A stretch of 64,000 bases of DNA from a bacterium (lineage in GTDB: Bacteria; Patescibacteriota; Minisyncoccia; JACQLN01), in contig JAUYOV010000004.1 in assembly GCA_030697795.1 (NCBI GenBank), positions 11,831-75,830 of the forward strand. The letters are read 5' to 3'. The position numbers and the translations under genes are program-made. Within the stretch, counting starts at the first letter, position 1. Every line of letters starts with the position of its first letter. The notes under the pieces were generated by a model, which saw only the letters and a program-made list of their open reading frames with translations, was not told the DNA's origin and did no database searches. Positions 1-9,713 of this stretch are shown here, one piece after another.

Positions 1-167
1 AAGTTAAATTCCGGAACTTCATCCTGAAATTCAATATCTTCTTCGTAATTTTTTTCCCAAACTTTAGCCGATAATTTTTTAACTTTAAAACGGCCCGACT
101 TAGCTGGTTTAACCGATCGGCGTGGAGGAATTTTATTAGGGTCTATAAAAACAAAATCCGAGCTCAT
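1..167 (-). CDS. N-terminal fragment of a minus-strand gene that runs off the window start (MSSDFVFIDPNKIPPRRSVKPAK...); product unknown
   Basis: Reverse-complement ATG at 165-167 opens a frame with no stop before position 1. No ORF-track entry, as it is truncated. Confidence 0.3.
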   Translation of the reverse strand, partial: MSSDFVFIDPNKIPPRRSVKPAKSGRFKVKKLSAKVWEKNYEEDIEFQDEVPEFN

Positions 168-280
168 TTAGTAAGGAAAATAAAAGAAATACGTCTTAAG
201 TTTATCAGTAACGCCTTAATAAAAACAATACCCAGCTTGCCTAGAAAGCTGGGTATTGTTATGCCACGTTTTGCGTGGGT

Positions 281-975
281 CAAGAAAGCCGTAAGCCGAA
301 TTCTGTTCCAATTTTGTTTGAGCAATAGCGAAATTACAAAATTGAGAACCCTGCGAAGCCCGTTAGGGCGAAGTAGGGTAGTCCGCCTTTGCTAAAGCTA
401 CGGCGGATCTCAATTTTTTATCTGTTCGCTACGCTCACAGAAAAAATTGGAGATAATCATCTGTCTGGGATTGTTATTGCTAACAACCTCTGGCGACTCT
501 TCCTTAATAATTTAGATTACTAAGGACACGGTCTTGCACCAAGTGGGGTTTACAACTACCTAGTATTGCTACTAAATAGAATCGCGTTTGACGCGACACT
601 TTTCACCTTTAGACTCAATTTGCATTGAGCTTAGTATAGTCTCTGTTGCATAGGCTCACGGAATCAGCTGTCATCAATGAACCTATATCCAATAAAGGAC
701 ACTTTCCCTGGGCTTGAACCTAATTTTCATTAGATCTGCTCCCGGTTGCATTTCGCAACCACTTGTTTTGCCAATTTAATCTGAGTTTACGAAGCTATTA
801 AATTGAGCACCCTGCGAAGCTTGTTAGAGCGAAGTAGGGCTCCACCGTCGCTAAAGCTATGGTGGATGCTCAACTTTATATTTATTCGCTAAGCTCATAA
901 ATAAAGTTGGCAGGTGTTCGGACTTTCCTCCCCTCGATTACTCTCGGGGCGATTATCTCACTTTCTTGACAATAG
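281..975 (-). ncRNA. rnpB: RNase P RNA (bacterial type A), unusually long (~695 nt) because of two inserted ~115-nt homologous modules
   Basis: On the minus strand: 5' GUCAAGAAAGUGAG...UCGAGGGGAGGAAAGUCCGAACACC (P1/P2/P4 5' strand; compare E. coli GGAGGGGAGGAAAGUCCGGGCUCC) and 3' ACAGAAUUCGGCUUACGGCUUUCUUGACC (compare E. coli ACAGAACCCGGCUUAUCGG). The P1 pairing GUCAAGAAAG/CUUUCUUGAC closes the molecule. No real ORF lies in 170-1000. Confidence 0.7.
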
Positions 976-1006
976 ACATGATAATATTAAAAAAGATAAA
1001 AGTCAA

Positions 1007-1480
1007 TTATAACAAGCTAGCGTTTTTCCCCTTACCATCTAAGGCCTCGTTAACCAATTCATCGGCGCGTTTGTTCTGTTCGCGGGGAATAGATTTAAAA
1101 GATAGTTTTCCGAAATCAAACTTTAAATTCCAAACTTTCATAAAAAGCGCTTGCATTCTTTCTTCGTTAACTTTATATTCCCCACCTAATTGCAAAGCAA
1201 TAAGCTGACTATCCATTCTAAATTCTATATTTAAGTTTTTTGTGCCGTTTTTACCAAAAAGCTGTTTTAGTTTTTTAAGCGCGAAAATCACAGCTTCATA
1301 TTCTGCTTCGTTATTGGTAGAGTCATCCAGAACCTGATTATATTCTTTTATTCTTTTACCAGATTCGTCACAAACCACCACACCCACCGCCGATGGGCCG
1401 GGGTTACCCCTAGAACCTCCATCTGTATAAACAATTACTTTATTAGATTTCATAAAATTAATTCTGCTTGTTGTAATCAA
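1007..1480 (-). CDS. rnhA: Ribonuclease HI
   Basis: VIVYTDGGSRGNPGP...AEYEAVIFAL motifs typical of RNase H type 1. Confidence 0.85.
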   Translation of the reverse strand: MITTSRINFMKSNKVIVYTDGGSRGNPGPSAVGVVVCDESGKRIKEYNQVLDDSTNNEAEYEAVIFALKKLKQLFGKNGTKNLNIEFRMDSQLIALQLGGEYKVNEERMQALFMKVWNLKFDFGKLSFKSIPREQNKRADELVNEALDGKGKNASLL

Positions 1481-3251
1481 TAAGCTTTAATTGTATCTCT
1501 TTATTACCGTTCCATTCGTTAATATCCAACTCATAAACAATATCTAAAGTGTCGCCGATTTTAAAATCTTCAGCAAGCCCAGCTGTGTCGCGTTTGACGC
1601 GATGATTAAAAAATAAAACTGGAAATTCTTTACTTGTTTTTTTATCATGGGCGAAAATTTTCAAATGCTCGGAATTCTTCCCTAAGAAAACAAGTTTTTT
1701 GACTTCAATATTCTTACTTAAAAATTTTGGCTTAAAATTATTCATGCCAAACGGTTCAAACTTTTTAAGTGAATCCATCAAACCCCAATCAATTTCGCCC
1801 AAGTTTATTTCTGCGCTAATTTTTAATTTTTTCTGCAATAACTCTGAAGTTAAAACATTTTTAGCGTATTTATTTAAACCCAATTTTATTTTTTCTGCAT
1901 TAGAAACTTCAAAAGTGCAACCACCGGCCGCAGGATGCCCGCCATACTGTATAAATAAATCTTTAACCGAACCTAAAGCGTCTATTAAATTAAATCCCTC
2001 TATACTACGAAGTGATCCCTTGGCTTTAGTCTCGTCAACACTTTGATAAAGAATTACCGGCCGTTGATAGCGTTCAGCAATTTTAGAAGCCACCAAACCC
2101 AAAAGGTTGACCGACCAATCGGCCGAACCTTCCATAATAAAACTGGGTAATTCTGGATAAGCGTCTATCCGCGAACGGACATCTTTTAAAACTTTCTCTA
2201 CTATCTGCTGGCGCCTACGGTTATTATCGTTGAGCGATAAAACCAATTCATTTATTTTAGATTCGTCGCTACTAGTTAAAAGTTCGTAGGCTAAATTAGC
2301 GTGAGCCATACGGCTGGCCGCGTTAAGGCGCGGGCCTAAAGTAAAACCTAAAGTAAAGCTATCTAAATTAGTAGTAAGGGTTTCTAAGTTATATTTAGCC
2401 TCAACTCCGGCTGACTCCATTAATTTTCTTAGGCCAATTCTTTTGGTTTGAGCCAGAACAATTAAACCATATTTGACCATAACCCTATTTTCATCTAAAA
2501 GCGACACCATATCGGCCACTGTAGCCATAGCCACTAAATCTAAAAGCCATTTTTCTTTACCCTCCGAAGCTTTATGCGTAGGAGGGCTACCTTGAGTTGA
2601 CATCAAAGCACAATAGAGCTTGAACACTAAACCCGCCCCACACAAACCCTTAAACGGATATGTATCGCTTTCTTGATAAGGATTTACAAAAGCCACTGTT
2701 GCTGGGTTTCCTGCCACGGTTTGATGGTGATCTACCACAATCACATCCACACCTTTCTCTTTCGCCCACTCTATTTCTTTAATATTGGTGGTACCGCAAT
2801 CTAAAGTTATTATAAGCTTAGCCCCATTTGAAATTATTGATTCTAAAGCAGTTTGATTAACCCCGTGCCCTTCTTTTTGCCGATCGGGCATATACACCTC
2901 TACTGGATAATTTATGCCTTTAAAATATTCGCCTAAAACCGTGGCTGAACAGACGCCATCTACATCGTAATCAGCGTAGATAACTATTTTTTCCTTGCCC
3001 TGCGAAGCCTTGTGCGAAGCAGGGTTACCATTTATTGCCCGCCTGATTCTCTCACAAGCCTTATCCATATCTTTAAGCAAAAAAGGATCATGCAAACCGC
3101 CATCATATTTTGGATTAAAAAAACTTTCTATTTTTTCTAGCGTATTCAAACCGCGCTCAAACAGCATTTGACTGACCATAGCCGGATACTCCGAAAACTT
3201 AGCTAAAAAATCAGGCCTGGCCTGATCACTAAAAATCCATTTATATTTCAT
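1458..3251 (-). CDS. recJ: Single-stranded-DNA-specific exonuclease RecJ (DHH/DHHA1)
   Basis: DYDVDGVCS and VIVVDHHQ DHH motifs; length 597 aa. Contains two in-frame GC-rich hairpin inserts, both encoding HKAS(Q/E)GKEK. Confidence 0.85.
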   Translation of the reverse strand: MKYKWIFSDQARPDFLAKFSEYPAMVSQMLFERGLNTLEKIESFFNPKYDGGLHDPFLLKDMDKACERIRRAINGNPASHKASQGKEKIVIYADYDVDGVCSATVLGEYFKGINYPVEVYMPDRQKEGHGVNQTALESIISNGAKLIITLDCGTTNIKEIEWAKEKGVDVIVVDHHQTVAGNPATVAFVNPYQESDTYPFKGLCGAGLVFKLYCALMSTQGSPPTHKASEGKEKWLLDLVAMATVADMVSLLDENRVMVKYGLIVLAQTKRIGLRKLMESAGVEAKYNLETLTTNLDSFTLGFTLGPRLNAASRMAHANLAYELLTSSDESKINELVLSLNDNNRRRQQIVEKVLKDVRSRIDAYPELPSFIMEGSADWSVNLLGLVASKIAERYQRPVILYQSVDETKAKGSLRSIEGFNLIDALGSVKDLFIQYGGHPAAGGCTFEVSNAEKIKLGLNKYAKNVLTSELLQKKLKISAEINLGEIDWGLMDSLKKFEPFGMNNFKPKFLSKNIEVKKLVFLGKNSEHLKIFAHDKKTSKEFPVLFFNHRVKRDTAGLAEDFKIGDTLDIVYELDINEWNGNKEIQLKLIDYNKQN

Positions 3252-3258
3252 ACCAATT

Positions 3259-4440
3259 TTATTTATTCTGTGATTCTAACACTTTTATACCCGGCAGTTC
3301 ATCCCCCGCCAAAAATTCTAACATTGCCCCACCGCCAGTAGAAACATACGTCATTTTTTCAATTAAGTTTTGTTCAGCCAAAAAACCAATTAAATCTCCC
3401 CCGCCTATTATTTTTTCGCCTTGGTTTTCGGCTACGGCTTTAGCTATTTCCAACGAACCCTTTCTAAAATCGGACAGTTCAATATAGCCTACCGGACCGT
3501 TCCAAACAATCATTTTAGCTGTTTTAATTATTTCTTTAAAAGAAAAAATTGTTTCTGGCCCAATATCAACCACAAATTCTTCGGGTTTAACATCTTTTAT
3601 CTTTCTTACAGCTACATTCTTAGCTCTGGCTAAAGATTCTGTAACACAAACATCTGCTGGTAAAAATAAATTATTGGAAACAGAACTAATTCTTTTGGCT
3701 TCGGTTAATAACTTTTCTTCTACTAAAGATTTGCCCACGCTTAAACCTTTAGCGTTAAGGATAGTGTTAGCTAAAATACCGCCAAGCAAAATTGCTTCGG
3801 ATTTATTTAAAAATTCCTTAATCAATTTTAACTTTGTATCGGCTTTAGCTCCGCCCATTATAAAAACCAAAGGCTGGCGCGGTTTAGCTCGAACCAGACC
3901 CAACATAGAAACTTCTTTCTCTAAAAGAAAACCGGCGTAAGATTTTAAAAATTTAGGCAGCCCCACCATAGAAGCATGGGCGCGATGGGAATCCGCAAAG
4001 GCATCGTTAACAAAAATATCGCCGTAACTTGCCAATTTTTTAGAAAAATTTTCCTCGTTAGCTTCTTCTTCGGGATGAAACCTTAAATTTTCCAACAACA
4101 AAACCTCGCCTGCTTTAAGGCGCGATATTTTATTTTCCGTTTCTTGGCCAATAACATCTGTACTAAAAAATATTTTGTCCTTAGACCAAAGCTCTTTTAA
4201 CCTGCAAAAAACTGGGTATAAGCTAAAATGCATGTCTCGTCCTTGGGGTCGGCCCAAGTGGGCAATCAATATTATTTTAGCTCCAGCGTCCGAAAGATAA
4301 TTTAGGGTCGGCAAAATCGCGCGAATTCGCCAATCCGCCCCCACTGCGACTTCGCCGTCAACAACAGGCACATTAATGTCGGCTCTTAAAATAACTTTTT
4401 TTCCATTTAGATCGGTTATTTTTTTTAAACTAGGCAACAT
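3259..4440 (-). CDS. pgk: Phosphoglycerate kinase
   Basis: N-terminal KKVILRADINVP; full-length PGK architecture. Confidence 0.9.
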   Translation of the reverse strand: MLPSLKKITDLNGKKVILRADINVPVVDGEVAVGADWRIRAILPTLNYLSDAGAKIILIAHLGRPQGRDMHFSLYPVFCRLKELWSKDKIFFSTDVIGQETENKISRLKAGEVLLLENLRFHPEEEANEENFSKKLASYGDIFVNDAFADSHRAHASMVGLPKFLKSYAGFLLEKEVSMLGLVRAKPRQPLVFIMGGAKADTKLKLIKEFLNKSEAILLGGILANTILNAKGLSVGKSLVEEKLLTEAKRISSVSNNLFLPADVCVTESLARAKNVAVRKIKDVKPEEFVVDIGPETIFSFKEIIKTAKMIVWNGPVGYIELSDFRKGSLEIAKAVAENQGEKIIGGGDLIGFLAEQNLIEKMTYVSTGGGAMLEFLAGDELPGIKVLESQNK

Positions 4441-4443
4441 TGG

Positions 4444-5181
4444 TTATGATTTTTTTATTATTTCATAAAATTCACTACTTTTTAAAGAAGTTCCTCCCAC
4501 CAAAGCACCGTCAATATATGGTTCACTTAAAAACTTACTTGCATTTTCGGCATTAACAGAACCGCCATATAAAAATTTTATCTTTTTAGAATCTTCGCCA
4601 AATATCTTAAAGGCCACGTGCTTGAGTTCGCCTATTATTTGATTTGAGCGCGCTGGGTTATCGGGCTTAGCGTTGGGTGTGGTACTTATAGCCCACACGG
4701 GCTCGTAAGCTACAATTAATTTTTCTAAGTTTGATTTGTCGGCGCCTGTAATACTTTTTTTAAAACTTTTTATAACTTCATCCAAGCGATCATCTTTCTG
4801 AAGTTCACCCACCGCAACTATTACATTAAAATCGGCTGCTAAAGCTGCTTTCATTTTTCTGTTAATGTCTTCGTCGGTTTCACCAAAAATTAAACGGCGC
4901 TCGGAATGACCCACCAAAACCCATGCCACTCCAACGCCTTTTAGCATGGGCAAAGAAACCTCGCCGGTATAAGCCCCTCTTTTTTCCCAAAAAACATCTT
5001 GGGCGCCCCATTTAAAGTGCTTAAAACGTTTTACCAATTCTTCTAAAAAAATAAATGGCGGCAAAAGAACAACCCTTTCAAATTCCTCCACTTTCATTGA
5101 ATGCACCAAACCAGCAGCCAAAGTGATGGCTTCGTTTAAAGTGGTTGGATTTAATTTCCAATTACCTACGATTAGCTTCAT
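4444..5181 (-). CDS. tpiA: Triosephosphate isomerase
   Basis: MKLIVGNWKLNPT..., GHSERR, AYEPVWAIGTG-like motifs. Confidence 0.9.
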   Translation of the reverse strand: MKLIVGNWKLNPTTLNEAITLAAGLVHSMKVEEFERVVLLPPFIFLEELVKRFKHFKWGAQDVFWEKRGAYTGEVSLPMLKGVGVAWVLVGHSERRLIFGETDEDINRKMKAALAADFNVIVAVGELQKDDRLDEVIKSFKKSITGADKSNLEKLIVAYEPVWAISTTPNAKPDNPARSNQIIGELKHVAFKIFGEDSKKIKFLYGGSVNAENASKFLSEPYIDGALVGGTSLKSSEFYEIIKKS

Positions 5182-5191
5182 ATATTAATAA

Positions 5192-5273
5192 ATATATCAT
5201 CCCGAGTAGCATCATGGAGAAGACTATTTATATAAATAAAGAGGCTCCATGTCGTCTGCGAGGGGTGATATAT
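5192..5273. repeat. Copy A of the ~80-nt intergenic hairpin element, a candidate REP-doublet (REPIN-like; core CCGAGCAGCATTATGGAGAAGACT...AGGCTCCATATCGTCTGCGAGG)
   Basis: One of 4 copies sharing a ~60-nt core (about 80-90% identity by eye), with terminal inverted arms (ATATATCATCCC/GGGTGATATAT) that covary between copies. Confidence 0.8.
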
Positions 5274-5289
5274 TTACGCCAATAAACAC

Positions 5290-6282
5290 TTAAATTTTTA
5301 TACTTCTCAAATACTCGGCCACTTCGTCGGGATCAGTATTTATAACTTCACCACCCGTACCTAATTCAAAACCGCCCCAAACACCTACTCTGGGGTTTAT
5401 TTCTAAATGCCAATGGTAAAAACTGTAATCGTGTTCGGCATCGGTGGGCGGAGTATGTATAAAAAAGTTATACGAGGGATTATTTAAACCATGAAAAATT
5501 TTGGCTAAAGAAACTTTTAAAGCTTCGGCCAAATCTTTTAATTCTAAAGTATTTGCTTCTTCAAAAAAAACTTGATGTTTTTTAGGAAAAATTCTTATTT
5601 CGTAAGAAAATCTTGGCACGTAAGGCACTAGAACCACAAAATTATCGTTTTCGAATATTACTCTTTTCTGTTCTTTAAGCTCCCATTCTATAATATCGCA
5701 ATGGACACAGCGTTTTCTTTCTATTTTATATATAGCCGAACCCGATAAACTTCGGCTAATATCCGATGGTATAAAAGGTATGGCCAATATTTGAGAATGC
5801 GGGTGCGACACCGAGGCGCCAGCCTCACGGCCGTGATTATGTATTATTAAAATATAATTAGCGCATTCTTTATTTTTAAGATTATTGTATCTATCGTGAT
5901 AAGCCGAAACAATTTGCCAAACATTTTCGTTATCTAATTCCGCTATACTTTTTTTATGATCTTTAAAAATTACAACTTCGTGATACCCCGCCGAATCTTT
6001 TATTAAATATGGGCCATATCTTTTTTCTGAATTACAAGCCTCGCCTTTTATTATGGGGAACTTATTATTAACAACTTTTATGCCAGAAGAGTAATTTTTT
6101 ATAATTTCGTTGCCGTGAGCTTTGGGGTCTTCGAAGGGACAAAGATTAATTAGGGTTTCTTCGTGGAAATTTTTGTTCAACCCAAAAAAATCCGGCCTTT
6201 TGGATCTGCCAGAAGAAATTATTATCCAATCGCGACTGACCGGATCTTGGCGAAGTTCTGAAGTTTCTTTTTTATTCTCCAT
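5290..6282 (-). CDS. galT: Galactose-1-phosphate uridylyltransferase (HIT-like GalT family)
   Basis: CPF...HPHSQ(I) His-Pro-His active-site motif; ~330 aa. Confidence 0.7.
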   Translation of the reverse strand: MENKKETSELRQDPVSRDWIIISSGRSKRPDFFGLNKNFHEETLINLCPFEDPKAHGNEIIKNYSSGIKVVNNKFPIIKGEACNSEKRYGPYLIKDSAGYHEVVIFKDHKKSIAELDNENVWQIVSAYHDRYNNLKNKECANYILIIHNHGREAGASVSHPHSQILAIPFIPSDISRSLSGSAIYKIERKRCVHCDIIEWELKEQKRVIFENDNFVVLVPYVPRFSYEIRIFPKKHQVFFEEANTLELKDLAEALKVSLAKIFHGLNNPSYNFFIHTPPTDAEHDYSFYHWHLEINPRVGVWGGFELGTGGEVINTDPDEVAEYLRSIKI

Positions 6283-6399
6283 TTTTGACTAAATAGAACA
6301 GAATCGTTTCGAGCGATTTCAAGGAGGTTCAATTTATTTATAAAGAGGGAGGATGTAAGTGCTCCTCCTTGCAGGAGCGAGAAATGATTCTGCGACCAC

Positions 6400-7146
6400 T
6401 TAATTATATTTTCCCCTCCACAAATTTAATCTTACTTTTATAGTATCACGTAACACGCCTAAATAACCTGATAACTTTACATGGCTCTCGGCATCGTTTT
6501 CCCAATAAATAGGAATGATGCTAATTTTATACTTGAATTTTCTAGCCAGAGCCAACACCTCTACATCAAAACCCCAACGATTTATGGTTGCCTTAGAAAA
6601 TATTTTATTAGCAGCTTCAGCCGAAAAACCCTTAAAGCCATTCTGCGTATCCCAGATGCCAAAAACAGCCACCACCTGAATAAAAATATTGCCCATATTG
6701 CCCAGCAAACGCTTAAAGGCTGGTTGCGGTATGGCTTGCGTAGCCCCGATGGCATCTTTATAATCACGCGAGCCAATAACAACATGGAAGCCCTCTTTGA
6801 ATTTGGAAATCATTTTTTCTAGATGCTTGATATCTGTAGAATTATCGGCATCGGTAAAAACCCTGTACTCACCCTTGGCTTCTAGCATGCCTTGCTTAAC
6901 CACAAAACCTTTGCCGTGGTTTTGCTTATTACTGATTACTTTTAACTGGGGCCAATCTTTGGCCAATTTTTGAGCTACCTCGGCCGTGGTATCTTTGGCG
7001 CCATCTACCACAACCAAAACTTCATATGTATAATCTTGAGCAGATAAATATTCCTTGACTCTTTGGAGGGTTTTAGCGATTCTTTTTTCTTCGTTATAAG
7101 AGGGAATTATTATAGATATATATGGATCCATATTGTTTTGATTCAA
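6400..7146 (-). CDS. Family 2 glycosyltransferase (dolichyl-phosphate sugar transferase-like)
   Basis: ISIIIPSYNEE...DADNS GT2 motifs (DxD). Confidence 0.75.
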   Translation of the reverse strand: MNQNNMDPYISIIIPSYNEEKRIAKTLQRVKEYLSAQDYTYEVLVVVDGAKDTTAEVAQKLAKDWPQLKVISNKQNHGKGFVVKQGMLEAKGEYRVFTDADNSTDIKHLEKMISKFKEGFHVVIGSRDYKDAIGATQAIPQPAFKRLLGNMGNIFIQVVAVFGIWDTQNGFKGFSAEAANKIFSKATINRWGFDVEVLALARKFKYKISIIPIYWENDAESHVKLSGYLGVLRDTIKVRLNLWRGKYN

Positions 7147-7204
7147 TTATAGCAAATCCCGTTAGAAACAGCCCGCCCGTGGCGGGCGCGATTTCTAACG
7201 GGAC

Positions 7205-7238
7205 ATAAAAAAACGGCTCCGTTTTTTGTACGGAGCCA
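7205..7238 (-). terminator. Rho-independent terminator after the 7247..7594 gene
   Basis: GGCTCCG-loop-CGGAGCC hairpin followed on the minus strand by a U-run (plus-strand AAAAAAA at 7207-7213). Confidence 0.6.
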
Positions 7239-7246
7239 TAACACCA

Positions 7247-7594
7247 CTATTCGATCTTACCCAATTCGAGCTTAAGCTCTTGCGTCAACTCAGCTAGCTC
7301 ATCTTCATGTTCGCTTGGCTTTTCTGTTTGTTGTACTAACAAACTTAATTGGATCTCTTCACGGACATCTTCTGCTATGCATGCTTTCATTTCTTCTTCT
7401 TGTTTATCTGAAAGAGGCATTGTACCAACAACCAAAGTGAACTTAGCCGGGTTTGTAAAAACAATAGAGCACTTTGTACATATGTAAAGTGGCGACTTGT
7501 TGAAAGTGTCATCAGTTATAAGATCTTGTGAATGACCTATAGATTCATAATCTCTATTGCCACAAACCGCACACTTAAAAGAAACTTTATCCAT
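7247..7594 (-). CDS. Hypothetical protein with N-terminal CxxC...CxxC zinc-ribbon and acidic C-terminus
   Basis: ORF only; CAVCGN...CTKCS. Confidence 0.4.
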   Translation of the reverse strand: MDKVSFKCAVCGNRDYESIGHSQDLITDDTFNKSPLYICTKCSIVFTNPAKFTLVVGTMPLSDKQEEEMKACIAEDVREEIQLSLLVQQTEKPSEHEDELAELTQELKLELGKIE

Positions 7595-7612
7595 TTTTGC
7601 CTCCTTTTTGAT

Positions 7613-7837
7613 TTAGTTAGCCATAGTTAACATTTTTTGCAACGAAATTTCTCCTGTGTAGTAATCCTTATACTTTACGTAGTCTGTGATAAAAATATAA
7701 GCCAAGGAAAAAATAGATCCAAAATGTAAAGAAAGCCAGCTTACTAATCCGTTTTGAAATTGGTGAAAGAACCAAAACGAGGTAAGACCCCAAATCAAAA
7801 TCCCAACACAAGCATGCTGCCTATCGGAAAGTTGCAT
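7613..7837 (-). CDS. Small hypothetical membrane protein
   Basis: Hydrophobic 74-aa ORF in a gene-dense minus-strand run. Confidence 0.3.
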   Translation of the reverse strand: MQLSDRQHACVGILIWGLTSFWFFHQFQNGLVSWLSLHFGSIFSLAYIFITDYVKYKDYYTGEISLQKMLTMAN

Positions 7838-7885
7838 AAATAACCTCCTTTTTAAAGGTACAAAGCTTGAACTAAAATACCAGAA

Positions 7886-8257
7886 TTACGCTATGCGGTC
7901 AAGATAGGTCTGTAAAATAAGCGCGGCGGACGATTCGTCTATTTTTGTAGAATTTTCCGCAGCCATTTTAGAAGAAAATATTTCGTTAATAGTTTCCACC
8001 GAAACATCGGTGCGGGCTTCTAGATCTTCGGAAAATTCAATAATTTTTTGGGCAAACTCATTTACTTCGCCGTTAAAACTTACAGGAATTCCGACAATTA
8101 TTTTTTCTACAGCTTCCGTATTAACAATATCGGCGAGTTCGTTTAAAACGCCTTCGCTATTTAAAATAGTTTTTAAAGGTGTCGCTATTTTTAATAAACT
8201 ATCCCCCTTGGCTAAACCTATTCTTTTTTCACCATAATCAATTCCTAAATAAATCAT
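7886..8257 (-). CDS. ruvX: Holliday junction resolvase-like RuvX/YqgF
   Basis: MIYLGIDYGEKRIGLAKGD N-terminus. Confidence 0.85.
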   Translation of the reverse strand: MIYLGIDYGEKRIGLAKGDSLLKIATPLKTILNSEGVLNELADIVNTEAVEKIIVGIPVSFNGEVNEFAQKIIEFSEDLEARTDVSVETINEIFSSKMAAENSTKIDESSAALILQTYLDRIA

Positions 8258-8267
8258 AAACTAAATA

Positions 8268-8354
8268 CAATCGCATCATTCCGAGCAGCATTATGGAGAA
8301 GACTAAATTATAAATAAAGAGGCTCCATATCGTCTGCGAGGAGTGATGCGATTG
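8268..8354. repeat. Copy B of the ~80-nt hairpin element
   Basis: Same core; terminal arms CAATCGCATCA/TGATGCGATTG. Confidence 0.8.
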
Positions 8355-8359
8355 GAAAA

Positions 8360-8917
8360 TTATATAAAATATATCAAAACCACCAGTGCCAACACAAGAA
8401 CAATAAATTCAAAAATAGCTATAGGATGAAGTTTAAGATAATATTTTCTAAACCAATGATCATGGCCATATCTACTGACAACATTTCTAAGTTCGTTAGG
8501 CGACCATGAGACCATAAAACTATGACCGAATAAACTGCCGTTGATGTCGGAAAAAAACTTATAAGCTCTGTTAGAAAACGGCCACCACCATTTTATGCCC
8601 CAACCCATGCCAACACTATCATGCAAAAAATGGGCTAATAAATTAAGGCCGATAATAAAAGCCCAAAATTGACCAAAGAAATAATAAACTGCCCAAACCA
8701 AAGGAGTAAAAGTTAAAGGAAAATGGGTTAGTTCGCGATGATGACCTTGAACTCTGCCACCAATCCTGCCCCTTTTGGCGAGTTCAACAAAAACATCTAA
8801 ATCGGGAATTAGGTTAGCCAACACGCTCATGATCGTCAACTTCAACGACAAATCAATCTCATAAATATGAGAGGCTAAAATAGAAATCAATATTCCAATT
8901 CCAATATCAAAAGGCAT
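8360..8917 (-). CDS. Membrane-bound metal-dependent hydrolase-like protein (YdjM/DUF457-like)
   Basis: Polytopic membrane protein with a GHHRELTH motif. Confidence 0.45.
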   Translation of the reverse strand: MPFDIGIGILISILASHIYEIDLSLKLTIMSVLANLIPDLDVFVELAKRGRIGGRVQGHHRELTHFPLTFTPLVWAVYYFFGQFWAFIIGLNLLAHFLHDSVGMGWGIKWWWPFSNRAYKFFSDINGSLFGHSFMVSWSPNELRNVVSRYGHDHWFRKYYLKLHPIAIFEFIVLVLALVVLIYFI

Positions 8918-8926
8918 TACGGGGCA

Positions 8927-9691
8927 TTACGACTTTGTTAAAACTTCCGCACCTTTTTTTGTAACAACAACTGTGTGTTCAAAATGCGCAGCTAAACTTT
9001 TGTCTTTTGTCTGATAAACAAAACCATCTAAGCCTAATTCTACCGCAGATTTACCAATTGTTACCATTGGTTCAATTGCTAGAACCATGCCTTCTTTTAA
9101 CAGTGGTTCATCGCCTTTACTGCCATAGTTAGGCAAAAACGGATCTTCCTGTAAATTTTTGCCTACACCATGCCCTGTTAAATCTTTTACCACCGAAAAC
9201 TTGGCCGCTTCCACATGGCGTTGCATTTCCCAAGCGATATCACCCCAATAAATATTGGGCTTTATCATACTAATAGCTAAATCCAGAGCGCCTTCGGTTA
9301 CCAATATAAGTTGTGTAGCTTTTTCAGAAATTTCACCCATGCCAAAAGTTACAGCGCTATCGGTATGATAACCGTTATAAAAAACTCCTAAGTCTAAACT
9401 AATAATATCTCCATTTTTTAAAACCCTATCATCGGGTACGCCATGCACAACTTCATAATTTAAAGAAGCGCATAAAGCAGACGGATAGGCTTTTTTAGCG
9501 CCAGCAGGTTTGTAACCCTTAAAAGAAGATTTAGCTCCATAACCCAAAATAAGCTTCTCGGCCAAATTATCCAAATAACCTAAACTAACACCTTCTTTTA
9601 CTTCTAAAGAAAGCTCTTGTAAAACACGCGCCAGGATTTTTCCTCCTTGGCGCATGATTTCTATTTCTTCTGGTGTTTTGATTTGTATCAT
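8927..9691 (-). CDS. map: Methionine aminopeptidase type I; true start MIQIKTPEE, not the ORF-track start
   Basis: MAP type I fold motifs. The ORF-track start at 9733 is an ATG inside repeat copy C. Confidence 0.9.
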   Translation of the reverse strand: MIQIKTPEEIEIMRQGGKILARVLQELSLEVKEGVSLGYLDNLAEKLILGYGAKSSFKGYKPAGAKKAYPSALCASLNYEVVHGVPDDRVLKNGDIISLDLGVFYNGYHTDSAVTFGMGEISEKATQLILVTEGALDLAISMIKPNIYWGDIAWEMQRHVEAAKFSVVKDLTGHGVGKNLQEDPFLPNYGSKGDEPLLKEGMVLAIEPMVTIGKSAVELGLDGFVYQTKDKSLAAHFEHTVVVTKKGAEVLTKS

Positions 9692-9713
9692 GGTAATGGT
9701 AAAAAATTTAAAA

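Noticed and set aside
170-1000. Large 'empty' intergenic region as a possible prophage remnant, rRNA or tmRNA
   Set aside because: P4 and P1 strand matches identify it as an insertion-expanded RNase P RNA. No tmRNA tag-peptide reading frame or rRNA signature was seen.
966-1208. 80-aa plus-strand ORF
   Set aside because: Lies antisense within the RNase P RNA gene and the rnhA 3' end. It has low-complexity translation and no SD. It is explained by the ncRNA.
1699-2046. 115-aa plus-strand ORF inside recJ (and similar antisense ORFs inside pgk, the GT2 gene, recA, mreB, ftsK and others)
   Set aside because: Antisense to strongly supported conserved genes; typical shadow ORFs.
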